From an uncultured Sulfurospirillum sp. (GTDB taxonomy: Bacteria > Campylobacterota > Campylobacteria > Campylobacterales > QNZT01), in the NCBI GenBank assembly GCA_964384355.1, contig CAYLLC010000002.1, positions 1 to 55,960 of the forward strand: DNA of 55,960 nucleotides. The letters are read 5' to 3'. Below are positions 40,958-50,636 of the stretch, piece by piece. Position numbers and translations under genes: made by a program. Numbering within the stretch: position 1 is the stretch's first letter; each line of letters starts with the position of its first letter. The notes beneath the pieces were generated by a model that was not told the origin of the DNA, searched no databases, and saw only the letters and a program-made list of their open reading frames with translations.

Positions 40958-41053
40958 AATCATACCTTCTTGATTTTTTATGAGAGGGGAGTGTAATATA
41001 TTAAAGCTTATAAAACACTGAAATTAAGTAAAATATAAGCAATATCGCACTTT

Positions 41054-42817
41054 TTAGTTGCGAGGCACCAGCAGCCGCTCCTCTATCAGTGCATCGACGA
41101 TCGCTTTGAAGGTCGGCACCGCACTCTGAGACGCAAAGTAGCGTTTGCGCGCCGGGTCCGGTTCGATGACGGTGACACCGATCGTATAGCGGTGTGTGGC
41201 GTCGTCGGCGAATCCGAAAAAGGAGCTGTTGTAGAGATTGGCGTACTCGCCGCGTACCGCGATCTGCGCCGTACCGGTCTTGCCGCCGACTTCGATGCCG
41301 GGTGTGATCGCGCTTTTGCCCGTACCTTCGTTGACGGTCTTGATGAGGATGCGGTGCATCGTCGCCGCGACATCTTTGTCGAGCACCCTTTTGGCCCGTT
41401 TGCGGTAGATCTTTCGGATCGGCATCGTGTGCGGATTGAAAAACGCCCCGATCGTGGGGCGCAGGATGATACCGCCGTTGTTGAAAGCGTTGTAGGCTTT
41501 GAGCAGCTGAAAGAAGTTGACCCGCATGCCGTAACCGTAGGAGGCGGTCGCTTTGAAGACGCTGTTTTTGAGCTGGTGGATATTGGGGATGGAGCCGCTG
41601 AGTTCGTCGCTCAGATCGATGCCGCTGGGGCGGGAGAAGCCGAACTCCCGCAACCCTTTGAAGAAGGTGATCGTATCGAGCAGGGTGGAGAGCTTGGCCA
41701 TACCGATGTTACTGGAGTGGACGATGATGTTTTCGCTGCTCAGATAGTCGTATTTGTGTTCGTCGGTGATGATTCTGGTGCCGAGACGGTAGCGTCCGTT
41801 TTCGACATTGACGATATCATGCGGATGCACTTTGCCATCCTGCAGCAGCAGCGAATAGGTGATTGCCTTCATGACCGATCCGGGCTCGAACATATACCGC
41901 ACGGCCGAGATGTTGGTCCTGGGTACATCGGCGGAGGTGATGTGGCCCGGATCGTACCGGCGCGAGCTGGCGACGGCGAGGATATTGCCCGTTTGACTCT
42001 CCATGACCGCAGCGATGATCTCTTTGGCGCCGAGACGCTCCCGGTAGTCGTCGAGAATCTGTTCGACCTGCTTCTGCAGCTTCAGATCGATGCTGGTGAT
42101 GATATCGTATCCGTCGATGCGTGTTTTGACTTCGCTGTTCTGGTCGAAGATGATATTGCCATGCAGATCCCTGCGCCCCTCGATGCGCGTGCTCTGGATC
42201 CCCTCGAGCTGTTCGTTGTAGTACTTTTCGAGACCGTATTTGCCCCAGACGCTCTGGTAGTTGTGGTCGAGCTCCCTGCGGATAAATCCGATGTAGGGAG
42301 AGAAGGTATCCTTGAGCGGATAGATGCGGTATTCGCCGGTCTCGTAGATACTGAGCCCGTGGTCGAGGACTCTGCCCCGCTCATCGATATATTTGCGAAA
42401 GACACCGTATCGGATCAGCGTGCTTCGCAGCTGTTTGAGATAGCGTGCCGATCGCGAGTCGAGCTGGGTGGAGATATTGACGAATCCGAAGTTGGACTGG
42501 AGCTTCTCCTTGATTGCGTATGGGTCGAGTTTGCTGTAGATGGAGAAGAGTTTGACGAAGAGGTCGAATTTGTCGGGGTCGATACAGCGGGTGTCGATCT
42601 GCGCGGTGTAGAGCTTTTTGCTGGTGGCGATCGTGTATCGGTTTTTGCTCAGAATCTCACCGCGGATCGATCGGTCCTGTTCGGTCATGCGCAGTCTCGG
42701 GTTTTCGCCGCCTTTGGAGACGATTTTGAAGAGTATGCCTGTCAAAATCATAAAGAGAAAAAGGAGAATAAAAAAGATGATGGCGATTTTGACTTTTCGG
42801 TTTTCGGTTTGATTCAT
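41054..42817 (-). CDS. ftsI: Peptidoglycan D,D-transpeptidase FtsI (class B PBP)
   Basis: N-terminal TM segment with transpeptidase motifs SVMK (SxxK), SSN and KTGT. Its position downstream of flgB-flgC-fliE and divergent from ftsW matches the arrangement in Helicobacter and Campylobacter. Confidence 0.88.
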   Translation of the reverse strand: MNQTENRKVKIAIIFFILLFLFMILTGILFKIVSKGGENPRLRMTEQDRSIRGEILSKNRYTIATSKKLYTAQIDTRCIDPDKFDLFVKLFSIYSKLDPYAIKEKLQSNFGFVNISTQLDSRSARYLKQLRSTLIRYGVFRKYIDERGRVLDHGLSIYETGEYRIYPLKDTFSPYIGFIRRELDHNYQSVWGKYGLEKYYNEQLEGIQSTRIEGRRDLHGNIIFDQNSEVKTRIDGYDIITSIDLKLQKQVEQILDDYRERLGAKEIIAAVMESQTGNILAVASSRRYDPGHITSADVPRTNISAVRYMFEPGSVMKAITYSLLLQDGKVHPHDIVNVENGRYRLGTRIITDEHKYDYLSSENIIVHSSNIGMAKLSTLLDTITFFKGLREFGFSRPSGIDLSDELSGSIPNIHQLKNSVFKATASYGYGMRVNFFQLLKAYNAFNNGGIILRPTIGAFFNPHTMPIRKIYRKRAKRVLDKDVAATMHRILIKTVNEGTGKSAITPGIEVGGKTGTAQIAVRGEYANLYNSSFFGFADDATHRYTIGVTVIEPDPARKRYFASQSAVPTFKAIVDALIEERLLVPRN

Positions 42818-42853
42818 AGATCAATTATAATGAATCAATGGTTAAGGGGACGA

Positions 42854-42883
42854 AAACCATTTGCCTCTTTATGCAAATGGTTT
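42854..42883 (-). terminator. Strong stem-loop between fliE and ftsI (terminator/attenuator candidate)
   Basis: Perfect 11-bp stem AAACCATTTGC (42854-42864) / GCAAATGGTTT (42873-42883) with an 8-nt loop. On the minus strand it starts 14 nt after the fliE stop and ends in GGTTTTCG. Confidence 0.4.
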
Positions 42884-42897
42884 CATGCAGGGGTGTA

Positions 42898-43194
42898 TCA
42901 GATTTGCGTACGCAGAATCTCTTTGTAGGCGCTGAGCGCTTTGTTTCGGATTTCGAGCATCATCTTCATGCTGATCTCCGCTTTGTCTATGGCGATAGCC
43001 GCCTGATGGAGATCTTTGACCTGACCGGTAGCGATATCGCGCAGCGCTTCGTCGCCTTTGATCTGCATGTCGTTGACTTCGCCGAGCGAGGCTTTGAGAA
43101 TACTCAGAAAATCGCCTCCTCCGGACTTTTCGGCTCTCTTATCGCTGACACCGGCGATGGAGAGGGGTGAAATCGATTCTATTGCTTGTGCCAT
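42898..43194 (-). CDS. fliE: Flagellar hook-basal body complex protein FliE
   Basis: 98 aa. ...SFLSILKASLGEVNDMQIKGDEALRDIATGQVKDLHQAAIAIDKAEISMKMMLEIRNKALSAYKEILR is FliE. Confidence 0.93.
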   Translation of the reverse strand: MAQAIESISPLSIAGVSDKRAEKSGGGDFLSILKASLGEVNDMQIKGDEALRDIATGQVKDLHQAAIAIDKAEISMKMMLEIRNKALSAYKEILRTQI

Positions 43195-43198
43195 TCAT

Positions 43199-43690
43199 CT
43201 ATCCTTTCAACAGATCGATGGAACTCTGTGCCATCGTTTTGGTGCTTTGGTATGCCGCTACATTGGCCTGATAGGCTCTGGTCGCTTCTATAAGATCGGC
43301 CATTTCGATGACGGGATTAACATTCGGCAGTGCGACATAGCCGTTTTCGTCCGCATCGGGATTGGTTGGGTCGAATCGTAATTTAAAGGGCGAGTCGTCC
43401 CGGATCACTTTGTCGACGCGTACGCTCATCAGCGGCGGTTTGGCGAAGGGCTCCGCCGCCGGATCGTCGATGGGGTTTTCATCCTCGAGATAGCCGTTTT
43501 GTCGCATCTGCCGTGACAGCAGATCGGAAAAATCGACCGCTTTGAAGATCACTTCGCGCCTGCGGTAGGGGCCGCCCTCGTCGGTGCGGGTGGTGTTGGC
43601 GTTGGCGATGTTGGAGCTGATCAGATTGATCCGGAACCGCTGCGCCGAAAGGCCGTATCCGCTGATATCGAAACCGTTTAAAAATGACAT
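43199..43690 (-). CDS. flgC: Flagellar basal-body rod protein FlgC
   Basis: ...DISGYGLSAQR.R.N.ISSNIANANTTRT..GGPYRR (N-terminal) and ...GYVALPNVN...EMADLIEATRAYQANV (C-terminal) are FlgC. Confidence 0.96.
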   Translation of the reverse strand: MSFLNGFDISGYGLSAQRFRINLISSNIANANTTRTDEGGPYRRREVIFKAVDFSDLLSRQMRQNGYLEDENPIDDPAAEPFAKPPLMSVRVDKVIRDDSPFKLRFDPTNPDADENGYVALPNVNPVIEMADLIEATRAYQANVAAYQSTKTMAQSSIDLLKG

Positions 43691-43706
43691 CTTCTTTTAC
43701 CTTCTA

Positions 43707-44135
43707 CTATTGAATTTTTCCGGATGCATCGATGACGCTTTTGAAGATCATCGCCTCTTTTTTGAGGGCATTGGTCAATGCTTCGAACATGACCGCATTT
43801 TTGCTCATCTCCGTCGACTCGACATCGATATCGACGCTGTTTCCGTCGTTTCTGGTCGGGTGCGTTCCGCGGAAAAAGAGCTGCGCTTCCCGTGACACCT
43901 GCTCCGCGAGGGGCTCCAGATGCTGCGGATCGGTCCTTGCCATGGCGAGTCTGGGCTCTTTCTGGCGGAGGGTATGCGCCTCTTTGGCCAGAATATCCTC
44001 AAACCGGATATCCCTCGCACGATAAAAGGGGGTATCGACATTGGCGATATTGCCCGAAATGATCTTCTGGCGCATCGATCGGTAGTCGAGCGCTTCGACC
44101 GCCAGCGGCATCGATTTCGTGATCGTCAATCCCAT
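43707..44135 (-). CDS. flgB: Flagellar basal-body rod protein FlgB
   Basis: ...ALDYRSMRQKIISGNIANVDTPFYRARD...GNSVDIDVE.TEMSKNA..F is FlgB. ATG 44135 has an AAGGAG RBS 6 nt upstream; the ORF-track start at 44156 is less likely. Confidence 0.93.
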   Translation of the reverse strand: MGLTITKSMPLAVEALDYRSMRQKIISGNIANVDTPFYRARDIRFEDILAKEAHTLRQKEPRLAMARTDPQHLEPLAEQVSREAQLFFRGTHPTRNDGNSVDIDVESTEMSKNAVMFEALTNALKKEAMIFKSVIDASGKIQ

Positions 44136-44170
44136 CCGTACTCCTTTGCTTGTCATGAGTGTACGATATT

Positions 44171-44188
44171 CAGCAAAAAATATACCAA
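44171..44188 (-). promoter_or_regulatory. Candidate sigma54 (RpoN) -24/-12 promoter of flgB-flgC-fliE
   Basis: The minus strand reads TTGGTATATTTTTTGCTG. GG (44186-44185) and GC (44174-44173) are separated by exactly 10 nt, as in TGGCAC-N5-TTGCW. The -12 element lies ~38 nt upstream of the flgB ATG. Confidence 0.45.
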
Positions 44189-44264
44189 ATATAATAATTG
44201 TATTTTACTTCAATTAATTTAAATATTTTAAATAATTGTAGCATAAATTTCGCATTAATCAAAG

Positions 44265-44276
44265 TTTTTGTAGAAT
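44265..44276 (+). promoter_or_regulatory. Candidate -10 region for ftsW-murG
   Basis: TTTTTGTAGAAT (TAGAAT at 44271-44276) lies in the AT-rich divergent spacer, ~110 nt upstream of the ftsW start. Confidence 0.3.
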
Positions 44277-44286
44277 CGATCCGTTG

Positions 44287-44361
44287 AACCCTCTGAATAA
44301 TCTATTCCATCTCAAACGCTTTCACGGCGGCTGCCGGATAAAACAGATTATTCAGAGAGTT
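44287..44361. repeat. 17-bp inverted repeat (one mismatch) with a 41-nt spacer, upstream of ftsW
   Basis: AACCCTCTGAATAATCT (44287-44303) is the reverse complement of AGATTATTCAGAGAGTT (44345-44361) apart from one position, with 13 contiguous perfect bp. The spacer contains CGGCGGCTGCCG. Confidence 0.7.
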
Positions 44362-44386
44362 CCATTACATCTGCAAGGTTTGGCGA

Positions 44387-45547
44387 TTGGCGACGGATAA
44401 GACGATCTTTTACATCACGGTCATACTGATCACGCTGGGGATCATCTTCTCCTTCTCCCTGACTACCTATGTCAGTATCGACAAATTCGGCAACGAATTC
44501 CACTTCTTCATCCGTCAGCTGATCACCGGCATCCTCTCGATCTTCATCATCTGGAGCATCTCTCAGCTCGATCCGGACAGGTGGTTTCTGCCGCTGGGCT
44601 TTACCCTCTTTTTCCTCTTTCTGATACTGATGACGCTGATGCCTTTCTTTCCGGCTACGATCGTGACCGAGATCGGCGGTGCCAAGCGCTGGATTCGTCT
44701 GGGACCGATCTCGCTCGCTCCGGTGGAGTTTTTCAAGGTGGGTTTCGTCGTCTTTCTGGCGTGGAGTTTTTCGCGCAAACTGGACGAGCGCAGCAAGACG
44801 CTCAAAGAGGAGTTTCTCGTATTCTGGCCCTATATTCTGGTGTTTGGCGTCGTGACCTACCTGATCGCCATCATGCAAAACGACATCGGGCAGGTGATCG
44901 TGCTGGCGCTGGTGCTCGTGGTGATGGGATCGATGGCGGGTACGAGTGCGCGCTTCTTCACGATCGCGATGATCGGCATGATCGCGCTGGTTTCGGTCGC
45001 CATCGCCGGATCGGAGCATCGGATACTCCGTGTCAAGACATGGTGGAGCAGTATCCAGAATATGGTGCTCTCCTTCCTGCCCGATTCTCTCGCCGACAAG
45101 CTGCGGGTATCGGAGATCTACGAACCCTATCAGGTTTCGCAGGCGCATGACGCGATCCAAAACGGAGGGCTTCTGGGCACGGGACTGGGCAACGGCACGC
45201 TCAAACTCGGCTTTCTCTCCGAAGTGCATACCGATTTCGTGCTGGCCGGTATCTCCGAGGAGCTGGGGCTGGTGGGACTGCTTGCGGTGATCGTCCTCTA
45301 CTTCTTTCTGCTCTTTCGGATACTCAAGATCGCCAACCGCAGCGAAAACAGAGTCTATTCGCTCTTCGCGCTGGGCGTGGTGATCATTCTGGGCGCGACC
45401 TTCATCATCAACAGTTTCGGCGTGACGGGAATCACCCCGGTCAAGGGGCTGGCGGTGCCGTTTCTCAGCTACGGCGGCAGTTCGCTGCTGGCACATTCGA
45501 TCGCGATCGGGATGGTACTGATGATCAGCAAAAAGGTGAAATATTGA
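44387..45547 (+). CDS. ftsW: Peptidoglycan glycosyltransferase / lipid II flippase family protein FtsW (SEDS)
   Basis: 386-aa polytopic SEDS protein (...SEVHTDFVLAGISEELG..., ...PVKGLAVPFLSYGGSS...) directly upstream of murG. TTG start with AAGG 8 nt upstream. Confidence 0.9.
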   Translation: MATDKTIFYITVILITLGIIFSFSLTTYVSIDKFGNEFHFFIRQLITGILSIFIIWSISQLDPDRWFLPLGFTLFFLFLILMTLMPFFPATIVTEIGGAKRWIRLGPISLAPVEFFKVGFVVFLAWSFSRKLDERSKTLKEEFLVFWPYILVFGVVTYLIAIMQNDIGQVIVLALVLVVMGSMAGTSARFFTIAMIGMIALVSVAIAGSEHRILRVKTWWSSIQNMVLSFLPDSLADKLRVSEIYEPYQVSQAHDAIQNGGLLGTGLGNGTLKLGFLSEVHTDFVLAGISEELGLVGLLAVIVLYFFLLFRILKIANRSENRVYSLFALGVVIILGATFIINSFGVTGITPVKGLAVPFLSYGGSSLLAHSIAIGMVLMISKKVKY

Positions 45548-46557
45548 GACAGATAGCGATTACGGGCGGCGGTACCGGCGGACATCTGAGTATCGCCAGA
45601 GCGATCAGAGAGGAGTTGAACCGGCGCGGGATCAGACCGATCTTTCTGGGATCGGCTACGGGGCAGGATCCGGCATGGTTCGCCGATGACGAAGGCTTCG
45701 CGCAGAAGTACTTTTTCGATATCCGCAGTGTCGTGGACAAAGGTGCGATGGGCAGACTCTCCAGCATGGCGAAGATCCTCAAAGCGGCATGGCAAAGCGG
45801 CAGGATATTCGGGGAGCAGGGGGTCGAGACGGTCCTGTCGGTCGGCGGTTATGCCGCGGCTCCGGGGACAATCGCCGCGATCGCCCGTCGCAGGCGGTTC
45901 TACATCTCGGAGCAAAACGCCGTGATGGGACGGCTCAATGCCCTCTTCGCCAAAAGCGCCGATGCGCTCTTCTCCCCCTATATCGAGAGCTCTCCCGTGC
46001 GCGACTATCCGGTCAGCGAGCGCTTCTTTCACAACGCCAGAGTGCGCCGCGAGATCGGGACGATCATCTTCATGGGCGGGTCGCAGGGGGCGCATGCGAT
46101 CAACGAATTTGCCAGAAGCGTCGCCCCGATACTGCATGCGAAGGGTATCCGGATCATCCATCAGAGCGGGGAGCGGGACTTCGAGGATCTGGCGCGTTTC
46201 TACGCCGGGGCGGGAATCGATGCCGATCTCTTCCCCTTTCACAAAGAGATCCACCGCAAGATCGCCGAAGCCGATTTCGCCATCTGCCGTGCGGGTGCGA
46301 GTACGCTCTGGGAGCTGGCTGCATCGATGCTGCCGGCACTCTATGTGCCCTATCCCTACGCAGCCGGAGACCACCAGTACTACAATGCCAGATATCTGGC
46401 CGACAGAGGGTTGTCGCTGGTCGTGCGGCAGGAGGCGCTGACCCCCGAGAGCCTCGATCTGATATTTCAGGCCGATCTGGTACGCATGAGTGAAGGGCTC
46501 AAGGGCACCGTTTCGCCGGATGCCGCTGCGAAGATCGTAGACTATATGGGATACTGA
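45544..46557 (+). CDS. murG: UDP-N-acetylglucosamine--N-acetylmuramyl-(pentapeptide) pyrophosphoryl-undecaprenol GlcNAc transferase
   Basis: IAITGGGTGGHLSIA (G-loop) and ...ICRAGASTLWELA... TTG start overlapping the ftsW stop. Confidence 0.92.
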   Translation: MRQIAITGGGTGGHLSIARAIREELNRRGIRPIFLGSATGQDPAWFADDEGFAQKYFFDIRSVVDKGAMGRLSSMAKILKAAWQSGRIFGEQGVETVLSVGGYAAAPGTIAAIARRRRFYISEQNAVMGRLNALFAKSADALFSPYIESSPVRDYPVSERFFHNARVRREIGTIIFMGGSQGAHAINEFARSVAPILHAKGIRIIHQSGERDFEDLARFYAGAGIDADLFPFHKEIHRKIAEADFAICRAGASTLWELAASMLPALYVPYPYAAGDHQYYNARYLADRGLSLVVRQEALTPESLDLIFQADLVRMSEGLKGTVSPDAAAKIVDYMGY

Positions 46558-46672
46558 CCGGTACGCTTCCCACCTCCGCAGAGCCGCCGTTTCGGTACTG
46601 TGCCCTTGCATGCTTAACGCATTTTTAAATATTTTCAGATAAAATATCCCCAATTTATATAGGAATGTTGAA

Positions 46673-49225
46673 ATGGATATCAGAAAAGCGTTTTTGGATT
46701 ACTTCGCCTCCAAAGGGCACAAAATCTACCCGAGTGCACCGCTGGTGCCCGATGACCCGACACTGCTCTTTACCAATGCCGGCATGGTGCCGTTCAAGTC
46801 GATCTTCACCGGAGAGGTACCCGCACCCAATCCGCCCAGAGCCGCAAGCTCGCAGACCTGTATCCGCGCAGGCGGCAAGCACAACGATCTGGAGAATGTC
46901 GGATACACCAACCGTCACCACACCTTTTTCGAGATGCTGGGCAACTTCTCTTTCGGAGACTACTTCAAAGAGGATGCGATCGCCTATGCCTGGGAGTTCG
47001 TGACCGAGGTGCTGAAGCTTCCGGTCGAGAAGCTCTGGGTCACGGTCCATGAGAGCGACGACGAAGCGGAAGAGATCTGGAAGCGCCACATCGCCGCGGA
47101 CCGCATCATGCGCTTCGGAGACAAGGACAACTTCTGGCAGATGGGCGATACCGGGCCGTGCGGGCCATGCTCGGAGATCTTCTACGATCAGGGGGCGGAG
47201 CACTTCCACTCTCCCGAGGACAAGATGGGCGGCGAGGGGGATCGCTTTCTGGAGATCTGGAATCTGGTCTTCATGCAGTATGAGCGCGACAGCAGCGGCA
47301 AACTCTCCCCGCTGCCCAAACCCTCCATCGATACCGGTATGGGGCTCGAGCGTGTCACCGCGATCAAAGAGGGCAAGGTGAGCAACTACGACACCTCGCT
47401 CTTCATGCCGCTGATCGAAAAGGTCTCCGAGATCTGCGGCAAGCCCTATCGCTACGACGAGGGGGCGAGTTTTCGCGTCATCGCGGATCATATCCGCGCC
47501 GTGACCTTTCTGCTCGCGCAGGGGGTCAACTTCGACAAAGAGGGGCGGGGCTATGTATTGCGCCGTATCCTCAGACGCGCCGTGCGGCATGGCTATCTGC
47601 TCGGTATCAGAGAGCCGTTCATGTATCGTCTGGTCGACAGGCTCGGTGAGATCATGGGCGGGCAGTACCCCTATATCGTCGAAAAGGCGGAGACGATCAA
47701 GGAGCAGATCCGGATGGAGGAGGAGCGCTTCTTCAAGACGATCGCTTCGGGGCTGGAGCTCTTCGAGAAGGAGCTGGCCGTCACGAAGGGGATCTTCAGC
47801 GGAGAGGTGGCGTTCAAGCTCTACGATACCTACGGATTTCCGCTCGATCTGACACAGGATATGCTGCGGGAGAAGGGAATCGAGGTCGATGTCGGGGAGT
47901 TCGAGCGGCTCATGCAGGCGCAGCGTGCACGCGCCAAAGCGGCCTGGAAAGGAAGCGGCGACAGTGCCGTCGAGGGAGATTTCAAGGCGCTGCTGGAGTC
48001 TTTCGGGCCCAACCGCTTCGTCGGGTATGAGACGATCGAAACCGAGACCGAGGTTCTGGCGCTGCTGGACAGCGGTTTTCAGCGTGTCGGGAAGCTGTCG
48101 GCGGGCGAAGAGGGGTGGGTCTTTCTGCAAGAGACCCCGTTCTATGCAGAGAGCGGCGGACAGTGCGGCGACCGCGGTGTGCTGGCCGGTGTGGCGGAGG
48201 TGACGGATACGAAGAAGTTTTTCGATCTGAATCTCTCGAAGGTCATAGCGCATGCGGAGATCGCAGTCGGTGACCGCGTCGTCGCGAAGGTCGACGAGAG
48301 CCGTGCGGAGATCGCCAAACACCACTCGGCGACCCATATCCTCCACTCGGCACTCAAAACGATACTCGGAGCACATGTCAATCAGGCGGGAAGTCTGGTC
48401 GAAGCGGAGAGATTGCGATTCGACTTTTCGCATCCCAAAGCGCTGACGGCCGAAGAGGTCACCCGAATCGAAGATTTCGTCAATGAAGTGATCGCGCACG
48501 GCGCACCGGTAGAGACGCAGGTCATGCCGGTCGATGAAGCCAAAGCGAAGGGTGCGATGGCGCTTTTTGGCGAGAAGTACGGCGATGAGGTGCGGGTCGT
48601 CTCGATGGGAGATGTCAGCATGGAGCTCTGCGGCGGCACGCATGTCGGCAATGCGGCGGAGATCGGCCTCTTTTTCATCACCAAAGAGAGCGGCGTGAGT
48701 GCCGGCGTGCGACGGATCGAAGCGGTGGCGGGCAGGAGCGCTCTGGCACTCGCCAAGTCGTGGCGGAAAGATCTCGCGAAGATCTCCGAAGCGGTCAAAA
48801 ACAGAGATCCGATGGCAGGGATCAAGCGCCTCAGAGATGAGGTCTCTGCGCTCAAAGATGAGATCAAATCGCTGCAGCAGAGCTCTAAAAAGGAGCTCTC
48901 GTTCGACAAGATCGGCGATACGGAGGTGGCCGTCGATATCGTCGAAGCGGGCGATATCAAGCAGATGATCGACGAGATCAAAAACCGCAAGCCCTCCGTG
49001 GCGGTGATGCTCTTTCAGAAGAAGGGCGACAAAGTGCTGCTGGCCGCCGGCGTCAAGGATGCTCCCGTCAAAGCGGGTGCCTGGATCAAAGCGATCGCAC
49101 CGATGCTCGGCGGGGGCGGCGGCGGACGCGACGACTTCGCACAGGCGGGAGGCAAGGATGCCTCCAGACTCGCCGAAGCGGTGGAAGCTGCCAAAGCCTA
49201 TGCCCAAGAGGCGCTGCAGGGGTGA
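46673..49225 (+). CDS. alaS: Alanine--tRNA ligase
   Basis: 850 aa. ...[10 protein letters not shown], ...[33 protein letters not shown], and the editing-domain H..THILH / C-terminal CGGTH motifs. Confidence 0.98.
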   Translation: MDIRKAFLDYFASKGHKIYPSAPLVPDDPTLLFTNAGMVPFKSIFTGEVPAPNPPRAASSQTCIRAGGKHNDLENVGYTNRHHTFFEMLGNFSFGDYFKEDAIAYAWEFVTEVLKLPVEKLWVTVHESDDEAEEIWKRHIAADRIMRFGDKDNFWQMGDTGPCGPCSEIFYDQGAEHFHSPEDKMGGEGDRFLEIWNLVFMQYERDSSGKLSPLPKPSIDTGMGLERVTAIKEGKVSNYDTSLFMPLIEKVSEICGKPYRYDEGASFRVIADHIRAVTFLLAQGVNFDKEGRGYVLRRILRRAVRHGYLLGIREPFMYRLVDRLGEIMGGQYPYIVEKAETIKEQIRMEEERFFKTIASGLELFEKELAVTKGIFSGEVAFKLYDTYGFPLDLTQDMLREKGIEVDVGEFERLMQAQRARAKAAWKGSGDSAVEGDFKALLESFGPNRFVGYETIETETEVLALLDSGFQRVGKLSAGEEGWVFLQETPFYAESGGQCGDRGVLAGVAEVTDTKKFFDLNLSKVIAHAEIAVGDRVVAKVDESRAEIAKHHSATHILHSALKTILGAHVNQAGSLVEAERLRFDFSHPKALTAEEVTRIEDFVNEVIAHGAPVETQVMPVDEAKAKGAMALFGEKYGDEVRVVSMGDVSMELCGGTHVGNAAEIGLFFITKESGVSAGVRRIEAVAGRSALALAKSWRKDLAKISEAVKNRDPMAGIKRLRDEVSALKDEIKSLQQSSKKELSFDKIGDTEVAVDIVEAGDIKQMIDEIKNRKPSVAVMLFQKKGDKVLLAAGVKDAPVKAGAWIKAIAPMLGGGGGGRDDFAQAGGKDASRLAEAVEAAKAYAQEALQG

Positions 49226-49713
49226 GTTTGGATGCGTTTTATCTCCAGTATCATCCGCTGATTTTCGCCGTGCATATCTTCTCTGCGATTATCTGGATCG
49301 GCGGGATGATCGCTTTTTCGCTGACGGTCTATCCCTCGCTGGAGCAGATCCCCAACGAAAAGATGTTCGTGCGGACGGCACTGCGGACGCTGAATCGCTT
49401 TTTCAGGCTGCTGATACCGGTCTCGCTGCTTGGCGGGATCAGCGGCTTCATGCTGGCGATGGGGAAGGATTTCGCCCATCGCGATCCGGTCCTGAGCGTG
49501 GTGGTCACCTCCAAAGAGTTCATCTGGCTCTTCATGCTGCTGCTCTATCTCTACGCCTTCTATAAAATCAAAGAGGCCAGAAGCGCCTGTCTGGCCAGCA
49601 ACAGCGAAGCGGCGAGAGACAATGTCAAACTGATCGCATGGTATCTCTTCGGCGTCAGCGTGCTGCTGGGATCGAGCGCGGTCTATTTCGGCTATCTGCT
49701 CAGGGGTGTATGA
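49222..49713 (+). CDS. Small 4-TM membrane protein (CopD/HemJ-superfamily-like), function unknown
   Basis: 163 aa. A His-containing first TM segment ([22 protein letters not shown]) resembles CopD/HemJ-type helices. GTG start overlapping the alaS stop (GTGA). Confidence 0.5.
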   Translation: MSLDAFYLQYHPLIFAVHIFSAIIWIGGMIAFSLTVYPSLEQIPNEKMFVRTALRTLNRFFRLLIPVSLLGGISGFMLAMGKDFAHRDPVLSVVVTSKEFIWLFMLLLYLYAFYKIKEARSACLASNSEAARDNVKLIAWYLFGVSVLLGSSAVYFGYLLRGV

Positions 49714-49714
49714 G

Positions 49715-50089
49715 ATGGAAGCGCTCGGACGTCACATACTGGCGGAGTTTTACGACTGCGATACGACAGCGATCAACGATGTGCGCATCGTCGAAGAGAC
49801 CCTGCTGCATGCGGCCGTGAAGGCGGGAGCGACGGTGATAGGGAGCTCGTTTCATCTTTTCGAGCCGCACGGTGTCAGCGGGGTGGTCGTCATCAGCGAG
49901 AGCCATCTGGCGATACACTCATGGCCGGAGTATGCCTATGCGGCGGTCGATATCTTTACATGTGGCGAAGATGTCGATCCGATGGTCGCATTCGAATATC
50001 TGAAGGTCCACTTCAGAACCAAAAATGCCACCTATCAGGTAGTACAGCGCGGGCAGCTGGGACTGCCGACGCTAAGCAGGAGGAGATGA
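49715..50089 (+). CDS. speD: S-adenosylmethionine decarboxylase proenzyme (small class 1 type)
   Basis: [16 protein letters not shown]...[32 protein letters not shown] is the typical self-processing E-S site context. ATG 49715 is preferred to GTG 49706. Confidence 0.9.
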   Translation: MEALGRHILAEFYDCDTTAINDVRIVEETLLHAAVKAGATVIGSSFHLFEPHGVSGVVVISESHLAIHSWPEYAYAAVDIFTCGEDVDPMVAFEYLKVHFRTKNATYQVVQRGQLGLPTLSRRR

Positions 50090-50634
50090 TGCTGGTACTC
50101 GGTTCGAACTCGGAGGTCAGGGCGGCGCTGCTGGAGAAATTTGGCATACCCTTTATCCAGAAGGGGTGCGATTTCGACGAGGAGCGGATCGTCGCGACGA
50201 CACCCAAAAACTTCGTCTATCAGGCGGTGCTGGGCAAATATGAGGCATGCGAAAAGGAGCTGGGAAAAAATCTGCCTATTCTGGTGGCCGATACGGTGGT
50301 GACCGCCGGAGGCAAAATATTGCGCAAAGCAAAAGACAGGGAGGACGCCAGAGCGATACTGCTGCAGCAGAGCGGATCGCAGGTCTCGATCATCACATGT
50401 ATGAAGTATGTCTCGCACAAACGCATGCTGCTCGATATCTCCGCGACCGACTACTACTTCAAGCCCTTCGATCCCGACGATCTGGAAGCCTATCTCGAGA
50501 GCGGGGAGTGGCAGGGCAAAGCGGGTGCATGCATGGTCGAGGGATTCTGTCGTCCCTATATCGAGAAGGTCTACGGACACGAGAGCACGGCGATGGGGCT
50601 CTGCGTAGAGAAGCTGCTGCCGTTTCTGGGATAG
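50086..50634 (+). CDS. maf: Maf-like nucleoside triphosphate pyrophosphatase
   Basis: [23 protein letters not shown]....CDFDEE...ADTVV...G.ILRKA.D...A...L...SG......T... is the Maf pattern. An AGGAGG RBS is present and the start overlaps the speD stop. Confidence 0.8.
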   Translation: MMLVLGSNSEVRAALLEKFGIPFIQKGCDFDEERIVATTPKNFVYQAVLGKYEACEKELGKNLPILVADTVVTAGGKILRKAKDREDARAILLQQSGSQVSIITCMKYVSHKRMLLDISATDYYFKPFDPDDLEAYLESGEWQGKAGACMVEGFCRPYIEKVYGHESTAMGLCVEKLLPFLG

Positions 50635-50636
50635 CG

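Noticed and set aside
41192-42928. 578-aa plus-strand ORF opposite ftsI, plus similar long antisense ORFs at 35397..36674, 24559..25761, 23225..24340, 38075..39199, 44348..45496, 45469..46653, 50571..51956, 52419..53411 and 31773..32798
   Set aside because: Each lies antisense to a gene with strong family motifs (ftsI, purA, wecC, wecB, carA, ftsW, murG, bioF, mrcA, wzc). Their translations are repetitive R/D/H/L-rich strings without motifs. They are all shadow ORFs.
46655-49207. 850-aa ORF on the minus strand, the same length as alaS
   Set aside because: It is exactly codon-aligned and antisense to an unmistakable alaS. The sequence is low-complexity and R/D/L/H-rich with no recognisable motif, there is no RBS context, and its stop lies in the upstream intergenic region. 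It is a shadow ORF caused by the absence of TTA/CTA/TCA codons in alaS.
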